Positions 60,282-64,000 of a DNA stretch of 64,000 nt are shown piece after piece. Origin of the DNA: a virus. The notes below the pieces were generated by a model. It was not told where the DNA came from. It searched no databases and saw only the letters and a list, made by a program, of their open reading frames with translations. The stretch's first letter is position 1. Every line of letters begins with the position of its first letter. A program made the translations under genes and the position numbers. Location of the stretch: IMG/VR virus record IMGVR_UViG_3300031834_001450, positions 19,335-83,334 of that record. One strand, 5' to 3'.

Positions 60282-61823
60282 AAAATTTTGTGCTGTGGAA
60301 AATGCAATCTCTTTAGAGTTGCATAGGAACAGCACATACCTCCATTATATAATTTTTTCTTGCACTAATTCTCTCTAAATATTTCTTTGCATTCCAACTT
60401 TTATTAAAAATATTTCCTAAAATATCCATTATAACAAATGCTCCTGAACTTCTTTTCCCCTTAATAAAACCAATACCTTCGGGGGTTTTTACTTTGTCAA
60501 ATTTCTTAAATCCAAATAATTTTCCAGTTGGTATTTTCTTTTCACTTCTAATACCCTTCGTTTGTTGATAGTCACCTTTAGCTACATTTTTCTTAATGAA
60601 ATAATAATTCAAATCTTTAATTATTTCACTATCACTACAACAAATAGCAATAGCATCATTACAATGTGATTTAGATAATTGCAATATTTGTTCTCTCTTG
60701 AATTTAGTTTCATACCCAAAAGTTTCAACAAAATCACCAAATTTCTTTTTAAGTTGTGATTTGGTAATCCCAATTTCAGTAGCATGTTTAGTTATAGATT
60801 TTTTACCTTTTATTTCAAATTCACCTTTGTGTAATTTGTCATGACAACCTTCACATAAAGTAATTAAATTTTCTGGAGAATCTGTTCCCCCATTACTTCT
60901 AAAAATAATATGATGAACATGCAGTTTACTTTTTTTAGTTTTACAATGTTGACATGTAAATCCATCTCTATCGAGAATAAACGCCTTTACATTATAAAAT
61001 CCTTTCTGTTGCCCTTTCTGATAATCTTTAACTTCAGAATTACTTATTTTATGAATATCAAAACTTGCTAATTCTAAAATCCATTTAGAGACAGGGAGTA
61101 ACTTTTCAATAAATTTCTTTTCTCTTAAATGAGAATTTAATTTGCTTAAAAGTGAAGGAGCAAGTCTATCTTTTCTAAGGGAATTTGCTCGGTTATTCCA
61201 TCTTGCTTCTCTGTATCTTGTTTTTCTTCCTCTTCTGTTTCTTCTGTACATTTTTCTTTGTTCCATCTTTTTTGAAACATCTTGACGAATAAACGTTTCT
61301 GATTTGTACAAAACTTTACCATTTGAAATACAAGCTGTTCCAATAACCTTGCTTCCTGTGTCCATTCCTGCAATCACTTCTTGTTTATAGTTTGTTGTCT
61401 CTATTAACATTTTAATAGTGAATGGCGTTTTTTTAATTGCTTTAGCTTTACCTTCTTTTAACAATATTCTTGCTATTGATGGTTTTGTGGGCATTAAAGG
61501 TTTCCCTTCTTTGTTTAAAACATAAACTAACATCTTAGTTAAATCCTCCTTTCGGGTAATGTGTATCAAAAGCATTGAGGTTACTTTTGAATCCAACGTC
61601 CTCTCGAAGAGATGATGAAGAGTTTAACGACATAAGCACTATTCCTAACACATCAGAATTGTTTAACTTATATCCTAAGAGGTCAGAACTGAGGCGACAT
61701 CCTAACGTTACTATTTTCTTCTCATCGTTTATCAAACTTTCTCCCCCATTTGATCTTCTGGTAAACAAGCATCTTTAATTTTAAATTTTAAAGATACAAC
61801 TCTTTAGAGTTGTGTTTATTTAC
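60282..61823 (+). mobile_element. Non-autonomous IS200/IS605-family IscB element
   Basis: Target TCAT (60278-60281), left-end GAAA + hairpin GCAATCTCTTTAGAGTTGC, right-end AAAG + hairpin ACAACTCTTTAGAGTTGT ending in TTAC at 61823; no tnpA inside. Confidence 0.85.
60313..61533 (-). CDS. iscB: IscB RNA-guided endonuclease (406 aa; start re-called at MLVYV)
   Basis: PLMP, RuvC-I GMDTG, Arg-rich bridge helix RRNRR, RuvC-II ELASFD, HNH HVHHI..R..GG....NLITLC..CH and RuvC-III H.ND; AGGAGG RBS. Confidence 0.95.
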   Translation of the reverse strand: MLVYVLNKEGKPLMPTKPSIARILLKEGKAKAIKKTPFTIKMLIETTNYKQEVIAGMDTGSKVIGTACISNGKVLYKSETFIRQDVSKKMEQRKMYRRNRRGRKTRYREARWNNRANSLRKDRLAPSLLSKLNSHLREKKFIEKLLPVSKWILELASFDIHKISNSEVKDYQKGQQKGFYNVKAFILDRDGFTCQHCKTKKSKLHVHHIIFRSNGGTDSPENLITLCEGCHDKLHKGEFEIKGKKSITKHATEIGITKSQLKKKFGDFVETFGYETKFKREQILQLSKSHCNDAIAICCSDSEIIKDLNYYFIKKNVAKGDYQQTKGIRSEKKIPTGKLFGFKKFDKVKTPEGIGFIKGKRSSGAFVIMDILGNIFNKSWNAKKYLERISARKNYIMEVCAVPMQL

Positions 61824-61843
61824 TATTTATTCTATATCCTTAG
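61540..61843 (-). ncRNA. IscB omegaRNA, scaffold about 61823-61540 with 5' guide from 61843-61824
   Basis: GC-richer structured non-coding region between the IS end and iscB, starting GTAAATAAACACAACTCTAAAGAGTTGT. Confidence 0.8.
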
Positions 61844-62040
61844 AGTTAGCTACTAAGATAACAAGAATTATAATAGCTAAAATCATAACAATAATCAAAT
61901 CTTTCATCTTTTCTCCTTATTTTTAAATAATAATTTCCATTTTTATACTTTATCAAATTTACAAAACCCCATTTCTTATGGATAAAATTATTGATTTACT
62001 TTTTATCCAATGGACATAAAAGTACAATCTCTTTATAGAA

Positions 62041-62607
62041 TTATATTATTTGAGTTAACATATCTCTATAAAAATCATCATAAGTATAATTAGTAGACCA
62101 TATACCATTAGACCACATTATTTTTTCCCACCATCTCTTACTTCCTTCATATCCAATAAATTCTCCACTGATGAGGTCAAGTCCATTGTCAATTCTGCTA
62201 TGAAAGAAGCGTCCCATAAGGATAACATTCGATCTATTATATATTTGTTTTGGCGCCTGTGCCCGGCTCACAATATGTGCACCATCCGTAAATTTTTGAG
62301 ATAACCAAAATCCTTCTTGTTGCTCTACTATTTTTAATTCTTGAACAGTTAATATCTTCATAACTAAACATGAATAATCGCGTATTATTAAATCTCTTTT
62401 TAATGCTTCCCACTCCCAATCTTTTTCTATGTGTTCTTTTTCATATTCTTTAGTTTTCTTATCTACATATTTTTTATAACATTGAATTTGTTTTGAATCT
62501 TTTTCACATTGTTTAGATTTAAATGTTTGACGTAAACATCTACCTTCCCTACACTTTTCAATAAAATCAACTTCACTTAATATTTTAAGCTTATATAGTT
62601 CTGTCAT
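62041..62607 (-). CDS. HNH/NinG-like nuclease candidate
   Basis: RDYSC ... DGAHIVSR ... N..L...FH..ID. Confidence 0.5.
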   Translation of the reverse strand: MTELYKLKILSEVDFIEKCREGRCLRQTFKSKQCEKDSKQIQCYKKYVDKKTKEYEKEHIEKDWEWEALKRDLIIRDYSCLVMKILTVQELKIVEQQEGFWLSQKFTDGAHIVSRAQAPKQIYNRSNVILMGRFFHSRIDNGLDLISGEFIGYEGSKRWWEKIMWSNGIWSTNYTYDDFYRDMLTQII

Positions 62608-62791
62608 TCTTTCTCTTACAATAATTTTTGCAAAATTTTAACACTTGAAAATCTGATAGATTATCTTTCCATTTTTTTACAACCACATACTTTTTCATAT
62701 CTTTCCCCTAGCCACAATTATCTATCTCTTACATCATCATATCTGTTATGAAATTCAGATATAACTTTTAAATATTTATCTACTTCTTCTC

Positions 62792-62915
62792 TTAAATTTT
62801 GATTTTCGATTGTGAACTTAACACAACTCTAAAGAGTTGTATCTTCCTGCTCTGAGTGTCTAATAACTTGCTCATATCTAACAGGCGTTAATTTCCTCTG
62901 TTCCGGAGGTATTTA
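62792..62915 (-). ncRNA. TnpB reRNA (3' part) with guide AATCGAAAATCAAAATTTAA
   Basis: AACGCCTGT...GCAGGAAG + hairpin + GTTCAC right end at 62812, typical of tnpB 3' ends. Confidence 0.7.
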
Positions 62916-64000
62916 ATTTTAAAAGTGGGTAATCCACTTTAGTTAAACCAAAATTCTTAATATTTATAGCAGCATTAATATCTCTATCATGAGTTTCACC
63001 ACAATCACAAGTCCATTGTCTATCTGATAATGTCAAATTATTATTTAACATTCCGCAAGAATGACATAATTTAGTTGATGGGTCAAAACGACCAATAGAG
63101 ATTATGGTTTTACCATACCAATTAGCTTTGTAATTTAATTGTCTAACAAACTCAGACCAGCTAACATCACTTATTGCTTTAGCTAATTTGTGATTTTTAA
63201 CCATATTAGATACTGCTAAATCCTCAATACAGATAGTTTGGTTTTCACTAATTATTTTTGAAGAAAGTTTGTGCAAGAAGTCCTTACGCTGATTAGTAAT
63301 TTTTTGATGAGTTCTTGCTACTTTAATTCTACTTTTATTTTTATTATTACTTCCTTTTGTTTTATGACTATATTTTCTTTGAGCTTTCTTTAACTTCTTT
63401 TCTGATTTCTTCAAGTGTTTAGGATTAGAAATCTTTTCTCCATTACTTGTTACTAAAAAATCCTTAATTCCCAAGTCAATACCAATAGTAGTTTTCTCGT
63501 TTACTGTCTTTGGTTCAATTATATTATCTGTTGTCTCAACAAGAATAATAGCAAAATATTGGCCAGAAGGATTTTTAGAAATAGTTAATGTTTTTTCTTT
63601 TCCTTCGTATAATCTGTGTTGAATTATTTTAATTCCTTCTTTTAATTTAGGAATATATAATATTCCTTCTTCTATTTTATAATGTTGAGGAATTTGAAAA
63701 CTTTTATGATTATCGTGTTTCTTTTTAAATTTAGGAAAACCCTTTTTATTACGGAAAAAATTCTTAAAAGCTATATCTAAATTTCTCATTTCCATTTGAA
63801 GAGATTGAGAATTTATTTCATTTAACCAAGGATATTCTTTTTTGAGTTCTGGTATTTTGTTGTTTAATTCAATCCATGATATACTTTTCTTGGTATTAGT
63901 ATAATGTTTAGTTTTAGCGTCAAGACCCCAATTATATAAGAAACGTGTAGAACCAAAGTGTTTAGCTAAAAACACTTTCTGTTCTTTGTTGGGTTAAATG
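62812..64000 (-). mobile_element. IS605/IS1341-type TnpB element (left end outside window)
   Basis: tnpB plus right-end hairpin and TCAC terminus. Confidence 0.85.
62878..63975 (-). CDS. tnpB: TnpB RNA-guided endonuclease; in-frame TAA just upstream at 63994-63996
   Basis: FG..RF.YN, FPKFK, GIDLG, IEDL, PSTK.C..CG, C.CG and DRDINAA.NI. Confidence 0.92.
   Translation of the reverse strand: MFLAKHFGSTRFLYNWGLDAKTKHYTNTKKSISWIELNNKIPELKKEYPWLNEINSQSLQMEMRNLDIAFKNFFRNKKGFPKFKKKHDNHKSFQIPQHYKIEEGILYIPKLKEGIKIIQHRLYEGKEKTLTISKNPSGQYFAIILVETTDNIIEPKTVNEKTTIGIDLGIKDFLVTSNGEKISNPKHLKKSEKKLKKAQRKYSHKTKGSNNKNKSRIKVARTHQKITNQRKDFLHKLSSKIISENQTICIEDLAVSNMVKNHKLAKAISDVSWSEFVRQLNYKANWYGKTIISIGRFDPSTKLCHSCGMLNNNLTLSDRQWTCDCGETHDRDINAAINIKNFGLTKVDYPLLKLNTSGTEEINAC

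Noticed and set aside
61534-61778. ORFs 61535-61768, 61575-61778 and the 21-aa N-terminal extension of IscB
   Set aside because: They overlap the omegaRNA; the RBS and PLMP domain place the iscB start at 61533.
2631-62419. Short antisense or nested ORFs (e.g. 2631-2867, 3455-3850, 8563-8769, 10133-10393, 17019-17267, 30850-31113, 52113-52319, 58142-58372, 61146-61373, 62237-62419)
   Set aside because: They are shadows of well-supported genes, with no motifs and mostly against the local strand bias.
61791-62845. Composite transposon or invertible segment bounded by the 26-bp inverted repeats
   Set aside because: Both copies are right ends of separate IS200/IS605 elements on opposite strands; TnpA needs a left and a right end on the same strand.
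1-64000. Stop-codon reassignment (prompted by TAG at 13384 and TAA at 63994)
   Set aside because: Long conserved genes are intact in code 11, and TAA, TAG and TGA all end genes at expected positions.
62812-64000. IStron (group I intron-IS fusion)
   Set aside because: The element ends in TCAC rather than an intron terminal G, and no intron core is visible; the 5' part is outside the window.
1-64000. CpG or other motif depletion linked to modification
   Set aside because: CG looks scarce but I cannot quantify it by eye; it needs an observed/expected k-mer calculation.

Overview
Very AT-rich 64-kb segment of a large, probably lytic myovirus genome. Positions 1-15312 (+) hold a T4-like contractile tail module: sheath end, tube, short tape measure, baseplate, and two tandem paralogous tail-fibre/chaperone cassettes, ending in an orphan response-regulator receiver. 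Positions 15318-64000 (-) hold replication, recombination and nucleotide-metabolism genes: family-A polymerase with a UDG-like N-domain, DnaB/DnaC-like, DnaX-like, beta-clamp-like, RecA, SbcCD, SNF2, anaerobic NrdDG and a sigma-like factor. Most notable: (1) a compact DNA hypermodification locus next to the polymerase, where a T4 gp42-like dCMP hydroxymethylase, dNMP kinase and GT-B glycosyltransferase sit with their own nucleotide-sugar pathway (WecC/WbpA-type dehydrogenase, SDR epimerase/decarboxylase, SAM methyltransferase), predicting a non-glucose sugar on 5-hydroxymethylcytosine; (2) a tRNA-Ser(GCU)-like gene whose anticodon arm is repeated five times in tandem; (3) an intact IscB-omegaRNA element and a TnpB element about 1 kb apart that share an identical 26-bp right-end hairpin with covarying guide/cleavage tetranucleotides; (4) two phage promoter classes. 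NrdDG, ferredoxin, lipoboxes and the receiver type suggest an anaerobic, possibly spirochaete, host (inference). All family assignments come from motif recognition by eye, not database searches.
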